Positions 21,883 to 31,614 of a DNA stretch of 64,000 nucleotides are shown here, in pieces. The first letter of the stretch is position 1; each line of letters starts with the position of its first letter. This DNA comes from an uncultured Candidatus Rokubacteria bacterium. GTDB taxonomy: Bacteria > Methylomirabilota > Methylomirabilia > Rokubacteriales > DASRDR01. The DNA lies in contig CAVPSB010000012.1 in the NCBI GenBank assembly GCA_963708025.1, positions 320,001-384,000 of the forward strand, in the 5' to 3' direction. The position numbers and the translations under genes were made by a program. Below the pieces are notes generated by a model. The model was given only the letters and a program-made list of their open reading frames with translations, made no database searches and was not told the origin of the DNA.

Positions 21883-23525
21883 CGCCGACGGTCGCCCACC
21901 AGATCGTCGACGCCCTCGCCGCCGCCGGCACCACGCACGTGTTCGGCGTGGTCGGCACCACGACCTTGCCGTTCCTCGACGCCCTTCACGACCGGACGGA
22001 CGTCCAGTACGTCTCGGTCCGCCACGAGCAGGTCGGCGCCTCGGCCGCCGACGGCTACGCGCGCCTGACCCGCCGGCCCGGTGTCGTCCTCGTGCAGGGC
22101 GGCTCCGGGGTGACGAACCTCCTGCTCAGCGTCTGCATCGCCTGGAAGGACCGGGTCCCGATGCTGGTGCTGTCCGGGCTCCAGCCCCAGGCCAAGCTGG
22201 GGCGGGACTCCTGGCAGGAGATCGACGCGGTCCCGATCTTCCAGTCGGTGACGAAGTGGGCCTACCGGGTGACGCGGCCCGACGAGGTGCCGTGGGCCCT
22301 CCGGCGCGCCCTCATCGCCGCGACCTCCGGCCGGCCTGGTCCGGTGCTGTTGGAGATTCCCCGCGACGTCTCCATCCGGCCCGCCGTCGGCCAGGTGGAG
22401 CGGGGCGCCGGCGAGGGGCCGGTGACCACGCCGTGGTCCCGGTCGTCGCCGGGGCCGGCCGAGGTGAAGGCCATCGCCGACGCCATGGGCCGGGCGAAGC
22501 GCCCGCTCCTGCTGCTCGGCGGCGGCGTCCTCTGGTCCGGCGCGGTGGCGGCCGCCCGCGCCCTCGTCGAGGCGACCGGCTGGCCGGTCATCGCCACCGA
22601 CACCTCGCGCGGCATCCTTCCCGAGGATCACCCGGCCTGCCTGGGCTTTCCCGGCCGGATGGGCGACAAGGCGGCCGACGCCGCGCTCCGGGACGCCGAC
22701 TGCGTCCTCGCGATCGGGGCGCGCTTCACCGACGTGACCACGTCCGACTGGACGCTGCCCCCGGCCGGCGCCACCGTGTTCCAGGTCAACGTCGACCCCG
22801 GCGCGCTGGGGCGGGAGCGGCCGGTCGCGCTCGGCGTCGAGGCGGACGCGGCGCGCTTCCTCGACACCATGACGGCGGCGCTCGCCGGCGCCCGGCCGGC
22901 GAACGGCGCGTGGGGCCGGGAGCGCCACGCCGACTTCGCCGCCGAGCGCCGCTCGTTCCTCGACGAGTCCCCCGGCGTGCTGTCGCCGGAGGCGCTGCTG
23001 GCCGGCCTCTCGCCGCGGCTCCGCCGGGACGCCCTCCTCACCATCGGGGCCGGCACACACACCCGCTACTTCAACAAGCTCCTGGTCCGGGAGGCGCCCG
23101 GGAGCCTGCATTCGGCGGGGCTCGGCTCGATGTGCTTCGCGTTTCCGGCCGCCCTCGGCGCCAAGCTGGTCGCGCCGTCCCGCCAGGTGGTCTGCCTGAT
23201 CGGCGACGGCGACTTCGGGATGGTGATGCAGGATCTGGAGACCGTTGCCCGGCTCGGGCTCGAGCTGACGACGGTCGTGTACGACAACGGCGCGTACGGC
23301 CAGAAGGTGATCCAGTACAAGGACTACGGCGGACGCTACGTCGGGGTCGACTTCACGAACCCGGACTTCGGCGCCTACGCGCGGCTTTACGGCCTGACCG
23401 GCGCCCACGTGGCGACGGGGGCGGAGCTGGCGCCGGCGCTCGACCTGGTCTTCGCGGCGAAGACATCGGCGGTCCTCGACGTCGAGCTGGATCCTCTCGC
23501 GCTGCCCAAGGGAATGGACCTGTGA
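21879..23525 (+). CDS. Thiamine pyrophosphate-dependent enzyme (ALS/Xsc-like)
   Basis: VRHEQ...ADGYAR, SGRPGPVLLEIP and GDGDFGM...DNGAYG motifs. Confidence 0.9.
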   Translation: MTPTVAHQIVDALAAAGTTHVFGVVGTTTLPFLDALHDRTDVQYVSVRHEQVGASAADGYARLTRRPGVVLVQGGSGVTNLLLSVCIAWKDRVPMLVLSGLQPQAKLGRDSWQEIDAVPIFQSVTKWAYRVTRPDEVPWALRRALIAATSGRPGPVLLEIPRDVSIRPAVGQVERGAGEGPVTTPWSRSSPGPAEVKAIADAMGRAKRPLLLLGGGVLWSGAVAAARALVEATGWPVIATDTSRGILPEDHPACLGFPGRMGDKAADAALRDADCVLAIGARFTDVTTSDWTLPPAGATVFQVNVDPGALGRERPVALGVEADAARFLDTMTAALAGARPANGAWGRERHADFAAERRSFLDESPGVLSPEALLAGLSPRLRRDALLTIGAGTHTRYFNKLLVREAPGSLHSAGLGSMCFAFPAALGAKLVAPSRQVVCLIGDGDFGMVMQDLETVARLGLELTTVVYDNGAYGQKVIQYKDYGGRYVGVDFTNPDFGAYARLYGLTGAHVATGAELAPALDLVFAAKTSAVLDVELDPLALPKGMDL

Positions 23526-23610
23526 GAGCTTGAAGCAATGGGTCCTCCGACTCCCCCCTCCCCCCAGTGGGTGGGGGAGGGGGGTTGGGGGGGTAGGAGG
23601 GAGGTCCCGA
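23523..23610 (+). repeat. Intergenic repeat family C, copy 5 (no inserted module)
   Basis: TGAGAGC...CCCCCCTCCCCCCAGTGGGTGGGGGAGGGGGG...GGGAGGTCCCGA. Confidence 0.85.
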
Positions 23611-23641
23611 ACTGAGAGCACCCTCACCTGGAGGAGCGGAC

Positions 23642-24718
23642 ATGGCACACGTGAACGAGACCTCGATCACCCGGCGGGCTTTCCTGGGGACGACCGCGTC
23701 CGGCGCCGTCGCCGCGGCCGCGGGCCTGGCCTGGACGCGTGGCGCCGGCGCCGCCGACCAGGAGCTGGTGGTCGGCCACTGGGGCGGAGCGGGCCCGAAG
23801 GTGATCCGCACCGCGATCTTCCCCGATCTGCAGGCGAAGTTCCCGAACGCGAAGCTGTTCATCCGGGAGGGCGGGGACCAGGACCGAAAGGCGATGCTGC
23901 AGGCCAACCCGACCAACCCGGAGATCGACGTGCTCTACGTGGCAAACACCGACGCCAAGCAGATGACCCGGGACGGGCTGACCGACCCGCCAGATCCCCG
24001 GGCGGTGCCCGAGTTCGCCAACCTCTACCCGGTCGCCCAGGACGGCGCCTACGGCGTCTACCTGCACGCCATCGCCCTGATCTACGACCCCGAGAAGGTC
24101 AAGACGCCGCCCACCTCGTGGCTGGACCTGTGGAAGCCGGAGTACCGGAACCGGGTCCTCGTCCCCAACACCAAGACCGCCGTCAACCAGGCGTTCGTCA
24201 CCGCGATCGTTCGCGCGATGGGGGGCAGCGAGAAGAAGGAGAAGGACGTGGCCGACGCGCGGAAGAAGCTGCTCGACCTGCGCCAGAACGTGGTCGTCTT
24301 CCACACCGGGACCAGCCAGGCGCTGACGGTGATGAAGAGCGGGGACGCCTGGCTGGGCGTCGCCGTCGCCGGCTACGCCTTCGGGGCCAAGGACAAGGGG
24401 CAGGCGGTGGACGTCGCGTACCCGAAGGAAGGCGCCCTGGGCGCGATCGACTACATGACCGTCGCGAAGCACTCGAAGAACAAGGACCTGGCCCTCGCCT
24501 ACGTCAACCTCGCGCTCGGGAAGAAGGCCCAGAAGGACTTCGTCGAGGAAGTGTACTGGGGGCCCACGAACAAGCTGACCGAGGTGTCGCCGAAGGCCCG
24601 CGAGCGGGCGGTGATCGGCGAGGAGGCCGTGAAGAAGCTCATCAACCCCGACTGGGAGTACCTGGCGACGGTGCGGCCGGAGTGGACCGACTGGTGGGAC
24701 AAGAACATGGGGAAGTAG
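23642..24718 (+). CDS. PotD-like ABC substrate-binding protein (Tat signal)
   Basis: TRRAFLG, PTSWLDLWKPEY and YPKEG motifs. Confidence 0.88.
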   Translation: MAHVNETSITRRAFLGTTASGAVAAAAGLAWTRGAGAADQELVVGHWGGAGPKVIRTAIFPDLQAKFPNAKLFIREGGDQDRKAMLQANPTNPEIDVLYVANTDAKQMTRDGLTDPPDPRAVPEFANLYPVAQDGAYGVYLHAIALIYDPEKVKTPPTSWLDLWKPEYRNRVLVPNTKTAVNQAFVTAIVRAMGGSEKKEKDVADARKKLLDLRQNVVVFHTGTSQALTVMKSGDAWLGVAVAGYAFGAKDKGQAVDVAYPKEGALGAIDYMTVAKHSKNKDLALAYVNLALGKKAQKDFVEEVYWGPTNKLTEVSPKARERAVIGEEAVKKLINPDWEYLATVRPEWTDWWDKNMGK

Positions 24719-24743
24719 CCGGAGCCGGCGGCCGGAGACCCTG

Positions 24744-25688
24744 ATGCGGATCCTGGAGCCCGCACCTGCCCGGCCGCCGGCTGGCCGGGCTCCGGGTCCG
24801 CCGTCCCCCCGCCTGGCCGACCGGATCCACGCGTGGAAGGGCGGCCGCTTCGCCTTCCTGCCGGGCCTCCTGCCCGTGCTGGCCCTCTACGGAGGCCTGC
24901 TGGTGGTGCCGATGCTGGTGCTCGGCCGGTACAGCTTCTACGAGATGCGGCCGGGCCAGGTGCGGATCCTGGCGCCGTGGACGACCGGGAACTACCGCCG
25001 GTTCTTCACCGATCGCTTCTACCTCGGGGTGCTCGGGGAGACCCTGCTCACGGGGCTGATCGTCGTCCTAGCCTGCGTGGTGCTGAGCTACCCCATCGCC
25101 TATGTGCTGGCCCGGCTGCGGCGCGGCAAGGCGCTGCTGTTCCTGGTGGTGCTGGCGCCGTTCCTGGTGAGCCAGGTGGTGAAGACCTACGGCTGGATGG
25201 TGATCCTGTCGGGGCAGGGGTTCCTGAACTGGGTGCTGCTCGGCACCGGGCTGGCGACCGAGCGGGTTCAGCTCCTGTACAGCCGTACCGGCATCGTGAT
25301 CGGCATGGTTCACGTGCTGATCCCGTTCATGATCCTGACCCTGGAGAGCGTGATCCGCCAGATCGGCGAGGAGGTGCTCGACGCCGCCCGGAGCCTGGGG
25401 GCGTCGGAGCACCAGGTGTTCTTCCGGGTCGTGCTGCCCCTGAGCCTCCCGGGACTGGTCGCCGGCTCGCTGCTGGTCTTCTCGCTGGCGGTCAGCATCT
25501 TCACGACGCCGGCCCTGATGGGCGGTGATCGCGTCCAGCTCATGTCGAACTTCATCTACAAGCGGGCGGTCTCGCTCCTGGACTGGCCGCTGGCGTCGGT
25601 CGGCGCCTGGGTCCTCCTGATCACCGCGCTGCTGATCATCGTGGCGTACCTGCGGCTGTTCGGCCGCCGGCGCTGGGAGGTGGCGTGA
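24744..25688 (+). CDS. PotB-like ABC permease
   Basis: SYPIAY, VVKTYGW and DAARSLGA motifs. Confidence 0.9.
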   Translation: MRILEPAPARPPAGRAPGPPSPRLADRIHAWKGGRFAFLPGLLPVLALYGGLLVVPMLVLGRYSFYEMRPGQVRILAPWTTGNYRRFFTDRFYLGVLGETLLTGLIVVLACVVLSYPIAYVLARLRRGKALLFLVVLAPFLVSQVVKTYGWMVILSGQGFLNWVLLGTGLATERVQLLYSRTGIVIGMVHVLIPFMILTLESVIRQIGEEVLDAARSLGASEHQVFFRVVLPLSLPGLVAGSLLVFSLAVSIFTTPALMGGDRVQLMSNFIYKRAVSLLDWPLASVGAWVLLITALLIIVAYLRLFGRRRWEVA

Positions 25689-26476
25689 GGCGATCGGGCT
25701 TCGCCCTGCTGGTGTGGGCGACGACCGTCGCCACCATCGCCTTCCTGGTGGCCCCGATCGTCATCGTCGTCATCGCCTCGTTCAACGACGCGGAGATCCT
25801 GTCGTTCCCCCTCCAGCGCTTCTCGCTCCGGTGGTACGTCGCCTTCTTCCGGGACTTCGAGCTGGTCCAGGCCCTCCAGGTGAGCCTGGTGGTGGCCACG
25901 GTGTCCACGGCCTTCGCCATCCTGGTCGGGGTGCCGGCCGCCTTCTCGCTGAGCCGGTGCGAGTTCCCCGGCCGGGAGGCGATCAGCGGCTTCCTGCTCT
26001 CGCCGCTCCTCATCCCGCTCATCGTGCTGGGGCTGGCCGTGCTCCTGCTCTACGCCGCGCTCGGCCTCCGGGCCAGCCTCACCGGCTTCGTCGTCATGCA
26101 CGTCCTGATCACGACCCCGTACGTGATCCGCACCGTGCTGGCCGTGCTCAGCCGATTCGACCGGACGCTGGAGGAGGCCGCGCTCGGCCTCGGCGCCGAC
26201 GACTTCCGCACCCAGTGGCACGTGACGCTGCCGCTCATCAAGCCGGGCATCTTCGCCGGGGGCTTCTTCGCGTTCATGACCTCGTTCGACAACGTCCCGC
26301 TCTCCATCTTCCTGGGCAGCTCCAAGCTGGTCACGCTGCCGGTGAAGATCTACTCGCAGGTCGAGGCGTACGGGATCGACCCGGTATTCGCCGCCATCTC
26401 CACGCTGGTCATCGCCGGCACCCTGATCGTGCTGCTGCTGTTCGACCGCTACGTCGGCCTGGACTACCTGCGGTGA
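25685..26476 (+). CDS. PotC-like ABC permease
   Basis: FSLRWY, LEEAALGLGA and SFDN motifs. Confidence 0.9.
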   Translation: MRRSGFALLVWATTVATIAFLVAPIVIVVIASFNDAEILSFPLQRFSLRWYVAFFRDFELVQALQVSLVVATVSTAFAILVGVPAAFSLSRCEFPGREAISGFLLSPLLIPLIVLGLAVLLLYAALGLRASLTGFVVMHVLITTPYVIRTVLAVLSRFDRTLEEAALGLGADDFRTQWHVTLPLIKPGIFAGGFFAFMTSFDNVPLSIFLGSSKLVTLPVKIYSQVEAYGIDPVFAAISTLVIAGTLIVLLLFDRYVGLDYLR

Positions 26477-27573
26477 GCACGCTGCGGCTGGCCGGGGTGA
26501 GCAAGGCGTTCGGGGCGGTCCAGGCGGTGGTGGACTGCTCGCTGGAGGTTGCCGACGGACAGTTCCTGGCGCTCCTGGGGCCAAGCGGCTGTGGCAAGAC
26601 CACCTTGCTGCGGATGCTGGGCGGGTTCCTCCAGCCGGACCGCGGGGCGATCTGGATCGGCGACCGCGACGTGGCCGGCCTGCCCCCGTTTCGCCGGAAC
26701 ATCGGCTTCACGTTCCAGAGCTACGCCTTGTTCCCGCACCTGACGGTCCGGGAGAACGTGGGGTTCGGCCTCCGGATGCGCGGGCGGTTCCGGGGGGCGC
26801 CCGGCGCCGAGCTGGCGCACGTGCGCCGCTATCTCGACCTGGTGCGGCTCCCGGACTGCGAGGACCGGTATCCCCACCAGCTCTCGGGAGGCCAGCAGCA
26901 GCGGGTGGCCCTGGCCCGGGCGCTGGCGATCGAGCCCGACGTGCTGCTCCTGGACGAGCCGCTCGGGTCGCTGGACAAGAAGCTCCGCGAGGCGATGCAG
27001 GTGGAGCTGAAGGCGCTCCAGCGGACGCTCGGGGTCACCACCGTCTTCGTCACCCACGACCAAGAGGAGGCCCTGGCCATGGCCGACCGGATCGCCGTGA
27101 TGTCGACGGGCCGGATCGAGCAGACCGGCAGTCCCGCCGAGGTCTACGAGGCCCCGCGGACCCGCTTCGTCTCCGACTTCATCGGCGTGTCGAACTTCTT
27201 CCAGGGCCGGGTGGTCGACGCCGACGGGCCGGCCGTCCGCTTCCGGACCTCGGCCGGCGTGGACCTCGACATCGCCGCCGGGACGCGCGGGGGGATCGCC
27301 GGGGTCATGGTGCGGCCGGAGAAGATCGAGGTCCACATCGATCCGCCGGCGGTGACCCGACACCGGAACGCCTTTCCCTCGCTGGTCAAGGACGTCGTCT
27401 ACCAGGGCAACTTCACCCGGGTGACCGCCATGCTGGGCGACGTCGAGATCGCGGCCATCGTCCAGAACGTGGGCCGGGGCGCGGCCGGCGGGCTCGAGCC
27501 GGGCCGGCGCATCTACCTGTCCATCGATCCCGACAGCTTCTGCGTGTTCGGGGTCGACGGGCGGTCAGGATAG
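26473..27573 (+). CDS. PotA-like ABC ATPase
   Basis: GPSGCGKTT, FQSYALFPHL and [13 protein letters not shown] motifs; GTGA-coupled start. Confidence 0.92.
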   Translation: MSTLRLAGVSKAFGAVQAVVDCSLEVADGQFLALLGPSGCGKTTLLRMLGGFLQPDRGAIWIGDRDVAGLPPFRRNIGFTFQSYALFPHLTVRENVGFGLRMRGRFRGAPGAELAHVRRYLDLVRLPDCEDRYPHQLSGGQQQRVALARALAIEPDVLLLDEPLGSLDKKLREAMQVELKALQRTLGVTTVFVTHDQEEALAMADRIAVMSTGRIEQTGSPAEVYEAPRTRFVSDFIGVSNFFQGRVVDADGPAVRFRTSAGVDLDIAAGTRGGIAGVMVRPEKIEVHIDPPAVTRHRNAFPSLVKDVVYQGNFTRVTAMLGDVEIAAIVQNVGRGAAGGLEPGRRIYLSIDPDSFCVFGVDGRSG

Positions 27574-27584
27574 GATAGCCGCCA

Positions 27585-28835
27585 ATGGATCCGATGGCGG
27601 AGGCCAACGCCCGGGCGGTCGAGCGGCTGTGCGCGGCCGAGCCCGTGCTGATCGACCTCCGGCCGGCCCTGGAGGTCCTGCCCGGCATGACGCCGGTTAC
27701 GATCCTGACCTCGGGACCGCCCATGGCCTGGGAGCACTACACGGGCGGCCAGCGGGCCGGGATCATCGGGGGCGCCCTGTTCGAGGGCCTGGCCGCCGAC
27801 CCGAACGACGCGGACCGGAAGCTGCGGGACGGCCGGATCCCGCTCCGACCGTGCCACGACCACGGCTGCGTCGGCTCGCTGGCCGGCATCTACACCGCCT
27901 CGATGCCGGTCTTCGTGGTCGAGAACCGCCAGGGCGGCAACCGCGGGTTCTGCAACCTCTTCGAGGGGCCCTCGCCGGCGCGGCTGAACTACGGAGTCTA
28001 CAACGAGGACGTCCGCCGGAGCCTGCTCTTCATCCGCGACGTGATCGGCCCGACTCTGGCAGAGGCGGTGCGGGCGGCGGGCGGGGTCGCCCTCCGGCCG
28101 CTCATGCGGCGGGCCCTCCACATGGGGGACGAGCTGCACAGCCGGAACACGGCGGCCACGCTCCTGTTCGGGCGGGAGCTGTTCCCCGCGCTGCTCGACC
28201 TGGCCGCGCGCCGGCCCGGCCCGGTTCGCCAGCTCCTCGACTACCTGGGCAGCGACTACGTCTTCCTGCGGCTGTCGATGGCCGCCGCCAAGGCGACCGC
28301 CGACGCGGCGCACGGGATCGAGGCCTCGAGCGTCGTGACCGCCATGGCCTTCAACTGCCGCGACTTCGCGATCCGCGTGAGCGGCCTCGGCGAGACCTGG
28401 TACCGGGCCCCGCTGCCGGCCGTGGACGCCAAGCTGTTCCCCGGCTACACTCGCGACGACATCGAGTTCATGGGCGGCGAGAGCGTCATCAACGAGACCG
28501 TGGGGCTCGGCGGCTTCGCCCAGGCGGCGGCCTTCGCGCTCCAGGACTACCAGGGTGGATCCCCGGAGGGCATGGCCGAGATGAACCGCGCCATGTACGC
28601 GATCACGCTCGCCGAGCATCCCGAGCTCAAGATCCCCTATCTCGGCTTCCGCGGCACCCCGACCGGCATCGAGATCCACCGGGTCGTGGCGACCGGGATC
28701 CTCCCCGTCATGGACATCGGGGTGGCGGGCCGGAAGGGCGGCCAAATCGGGGCCGGCGTCCTCCGGGCGCCCCTCGCCTGCTTCACCGCCGCCGCCGACG
28801 CCTACCGGCGGCGGTATGCCCGCTCGCACCAGTGA
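27585..28835 (+). CDS. DUF1116 family protein (YlbE/YahG-like)
   Basis: ANARAVERL...GPPMAW...PCHDHGCVGSLAG, MGDELHSRN, ETVGLGG and GQIGAG motifs. Confidence 0.85.
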   Translation: MDPMAEANARAVERLCAAEPVLIDLRPALEVLPGMTPVTILTSGPPMAWEHYTGGQRAGIIGGALFEGLAADPNDADRKLRDGRIPLRPCHDHGCVGSLAGIYTASMPVFVVENRQGGNRGFCNLFEGPSPARLNYGVYNEDVRRSLLFIRDVIGPTLAEAVRAAGGVALRPLMRRALHMGDELHSRNTAATLLFGRELFPALLDLAARRPGPVRQLLDYLGSDYVFLRLSMAAAKATADAAHGIEASSVVTAMAFNCRDFAIRVSGLGETWYRAPLPAVDAKLFPGYTRDDIEFMGGESVINETVGLGGFAQAAAFALQDYQGGSPEGMAEMNRAMYAITLAEHPELKIPYLGFRGTPTGIEIHRVVATGILPVMDIGVAGRKGGQIGAGVLRAPLACFTAAADAYRRRYARSHQ

Positions 28836-28902
28836 GAGCTCTCGTCCACGAGATCACCGCGTGCTCGCGCCGGGCGCCTGAGCCCGAGAAACGGAGAGCC
28901 CC

Positions 28903-30015
28903 ATGAGCACTCCTCGGATCGCATCGGCCGTGACCGACCCCCGCCCCATCGGACGCCGGGCCATTCTGAAGGCCGCCGCGGTGGCGGCGGGCGCGGCGGC
29001 GGCGCCGGCCTTCATCCGCCACGCCGGGGCCTCGACCCCGCGCAAGGTCACCTTCCAGCTCGCCTGGATCCCCTCCGGCCAGCACGCCTACGTCTTCGCG
29101 GCGAAGCCGTTCTGGCTGGAGAAGGGGCTCGACGTGCAGGTCGACCGGGGCTTCGGCTCCGGCGAGACCGCCAAGGGGGTCGGGCTCGACAAGTACGACT
29201 TCGGCGAGGCGAGCTACAGCGTCGTCGTGAACTCCGTCGGCCAGGGGCTGGAGCTGATGGCCATCGGCGGCCGCATCCAGCGCACCGCCTTCGCCATCTT
29301 CGCGCTGAAGGGGAGCGGGATCACCCGCCCGAAGGACCTGGAGGGGAAGACGGTCATCGCCAGCACCGGCTCCGGCGAGTACGTGCTGTTCCCGGCCCTG
29401 GCCAAGCTGACCGGCATCGACGCCGCCAAGGTGAAGTTCCTGCTGGTGGCCCCGCCGGTCCGCCACCCCATGCTGCTCGAGCGGAAGGCCGACGCCCTGA
29501 GCGGCTACCTCGTCAGCGACGGCGCGGTCCTGCTCGGCCAGGGCGCGGAGCTGGACATCATCCCCTACGCCGAGCACGGGCTCCGCCTCCTCGACCTCGG
29601 GCTCTTCACCCAGCGCCGGCGCGTGCGCGAGGATCCCAAGCTCTGCGCCGACTTCGTCGAGGGCGCCATGAAGGGGCTGCGGGTCGCCCTCGTCGATCCG
29701 AAGGCGGGCGTCGACCTCACGCTGGCCTCCGTCAAGGAGTACCAGGGCGCGAGCGCCGCGCCGTCCATCCTCGAGCACGGGGTCGAGATCGCCAACGCCC
29801 TGACCGCGGTGCCGGCGGTGAAGCGGGGCGGCCTCGGCACGATGGACCCGGAAGACTGGACGACCACCGTCGATCTGGTGACCCGCTACATGGGCCTCAC
29901 CCAGGCGATGCCGGCCGCCACGCTCTACACCAACCAGTTCGCCGGGACCGTGAAGCTGGAGCCGGCGGAGTGGACCGCCGTCGAGGCCCGGGTGCGGAAG
30001 TTCATCAAGCTCTGA
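28903..30015 (+). CDS. NMT1/THI5/SsuA-type ABC substrate-binding protein (Tat signal)
   Basis: GRRAILK, FQLAWIPSGQH, RGFGSG and PKDLEGK motifs. Confidence 0.87.
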   Translation: MSTPRIASAVTDPRPIGRRAILKAAAVAAGAAAAPAFIRHAGASTPRKVTFQLAWIPSGQHAYVFAAKPFWLEKGLDVQVDRGFGSGETAKGVGLDKYDFGEASYSVVVNSVGQGLELMAIGGRIQRTAFAIFALKGSGITRPKDLEGKTVIASTGSGEYVLFPALAKLTGIDAAKVKFLLVAPPVRHPMLLERKADALSGYLVSDGAVLLGQGAELDIIPYAEHGLRLLDLGLFTQRRRVREDPKLCADFVEGAMKGLRVALVDPKAGVDLTLASVKEYQGASAAPSILEHGVEIANALTAVPAVKRGGLGTMDPEDWTTTVDLVTRYMGLTQAMPAATLYTNQFAGTVKLEPAEWTAVEARVRKFIKL

Positions 30016-30027
30016 GGGCCGAACCGG

Positions 30028-30819
30028 ATGGCCAGGGCTCACCTGGCGGTGGAGGGGTTGCGCAAGGTCTACCCGAGCCGGCGCGGCCCCATCGAGGCGA
30101 TCCGGGAGGTCGCGTTCACCGTGGCCGAGGGGGAGTTCGTGTCGATCGTCGGCCCGAGCGGCTGCGGGAAGAGCACGCTCCTCATGATCGCGGCCGGGGT
30201 CGCCTCCCCCAGCGCGGGTCGGATCGCCATCGACGGCCAGACGGTGGAGCGCCCGCGGCGGGACATCGGCGTCGTGTTCCAGGCGCCGTGCCTCCTGCCG
30301 TGGCGGAGCATCCTGGCCAACGTCCTGTTCCCGGCCGAGCTGCAGGGCCGGGACGCCGGCGTCCACCGCAAGCGCGCGCTCGATCTCCTCGCCATGACGG
30401 GCCTCGAGGAGTTCAGCCGCCACCTGCCGCGGGAGCTCTCGGGCGGGATGCAGCAGCGGGTGGCCATCTGTCGCGCCCTGATCCACGATCCGGCCGTCCT
30501 CCTGATGGACGAGCCCTTCGCGGCGCTGGACGCCCTGACGCGGGACCAGATGAACGTCGAGCTGCTGCGGATCTGGAGCGAGTTCCGGAAGACGGTGCTG
30601 TTCGTGACCCACGGCATCCGGGAAGCGGTCTTCCTCTCGGACCGGGTGCTGGTGTTCTCCCGGCGGCCGGGGACGATCGTCCGGGAGCTGGCGGTCGGCC
30701 TGCCTCGGCCGCGGACCCTGGAGGTCCAGGAGACGCCCGAGTTCAACCGCTACTGCGCCGAGCTGCGGGCCTCGATCGGCCTCCCACCGGCCCCGGCCGG
30801 GGGTTCCGCCCGTGGATGA
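30028..30819 (+). CDS. TauB/SsuB-type ABC ATPase
   Basis: GPSGCGKST, LLPWR, LSGGMQQR and DEPFAALDALTR motifs. Confidence 0.92.
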   Translation: MARAHLAVEGLRKVYPSRRGPIEAIREVAFTVAEGEFVSIVGPSGCGKSTLLMIAAGVASPSAGRIAIDGQTVERPRRDIGVVFQAPCLLPWRSILANVLFPAELQGRDAGVHRKRALDLLAMTGLEEFSRHLPRELSGGMQQRVAICRALIHDPAVLLMDEPFAALDALTRDQMNVELLRIWSEFRKTVLFVTHGIREAVFLSDRVLVFSRRPGTIVRELAVGLPRPRTLEVQETPEFNRYCAELRASIGLPPAPAGGSARG

Positions 30820-31597
30820 GCCGGTCCCCGGCGAGGAGCGCCGCCGCTGGACGGCCGGCGACTTCCTGTGGCCGGCATTGACCGGCGTGGCGCTCCTCCT
30901 GGCCTGGGAGACGGCGGTGGCGGTGCTCGGCATCCGCCCGATCGTGCTCCCGCCGCCGAGCCGGGTCGCCGCCGCCCTGGTGACCCGCCGGGCCCTGCTC
31001 CTCTCGCACCTGTGGCCGACCCTGTGGCAGTGCCTAGCCGGGTTCCTGCTGGCCGCGCTGGGCGGGACGCTCCTCGGCGTGGCCGTGAGCCTGTCCAGCG
31101 CCTTCCGGAAGGCCATCTACCCGCACCTCGTCGCGTTCCAGGTCCTCCCCAAGGTGACGGTGGCGCCGCTCTTCATCCTCTGGTGGGGCGTCGGCGGCAC
31201 CTCCCGGGTGCTGCTGGCCTTCTTCATCTGCTTCTTCCCGATGGTCGTCAACACGCTGACCGGCCTGGCCAGCGCCGACGCCGACATGGTGCGGATGGCC
31301 CGCGCCTTCACCGCAAGCCCCCGGCAGGTGTTCTGGCGGGTGCGGCTGCCGGCGGCGCTCCCATCCATCTTCGCCGGGCTGAAGATCTCGGCGACGTTCG
31401 CGGTCATCGGGATCATCGTGGCGGAGTTCGTCTCCTCCCAGGAGGGGCTCGGCTACCTGATGATCTTCGCGCAGGGCCTGCTCGACACCGCCACGATGCT
31501 GGCGGCCATCGTCGTGCTGAGCCTCATGGGGCTCGCGCTCTACGGCGGCGTCTGCCTCCTGGAGCGGGCGTGCATCTACTGGCAGGAACCTACGTAG
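30812..31597 (+). CDS. TauC/SsuC-type ABC permease
   Basis: LPPPS, PKVTVAPL, FFP and AEF...GLG motifs. Confidence 0.9.
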   Translation: MDEPVPGEERRRWTAGDFLWPALTGVALLLAWETAVAVLGIRPIVLPPPSRVAAALVTRRALLLSHLWPTLWQCLAGFLLAALGGTLLGVAVSLSSAFRKAIYPHLVAFQVLPKVTVAPLFILWWGVGGTSRVLLAFFICFFPMVVNTLTGLASADADMVRMARAFTASPRQVFWRVRLPAALPSIFAGLKISATFAVIGIIVAEFVSSQEGLGYLMIFAQGLLDTATMLAAIVVLSLMGLALYGGVCLLERACIYWQEPT

Positions 31598-31614
31598 ACG
31601 GGGGGTTGCGAGAC

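Noticed and set aside
11314..23610. Possible CRISPR array from recurring 19-20 bp units
   Set aside because: Units are adjacent or dispersed inside intergenic palindromes, without regular unique spacers, and there are no cas genes.
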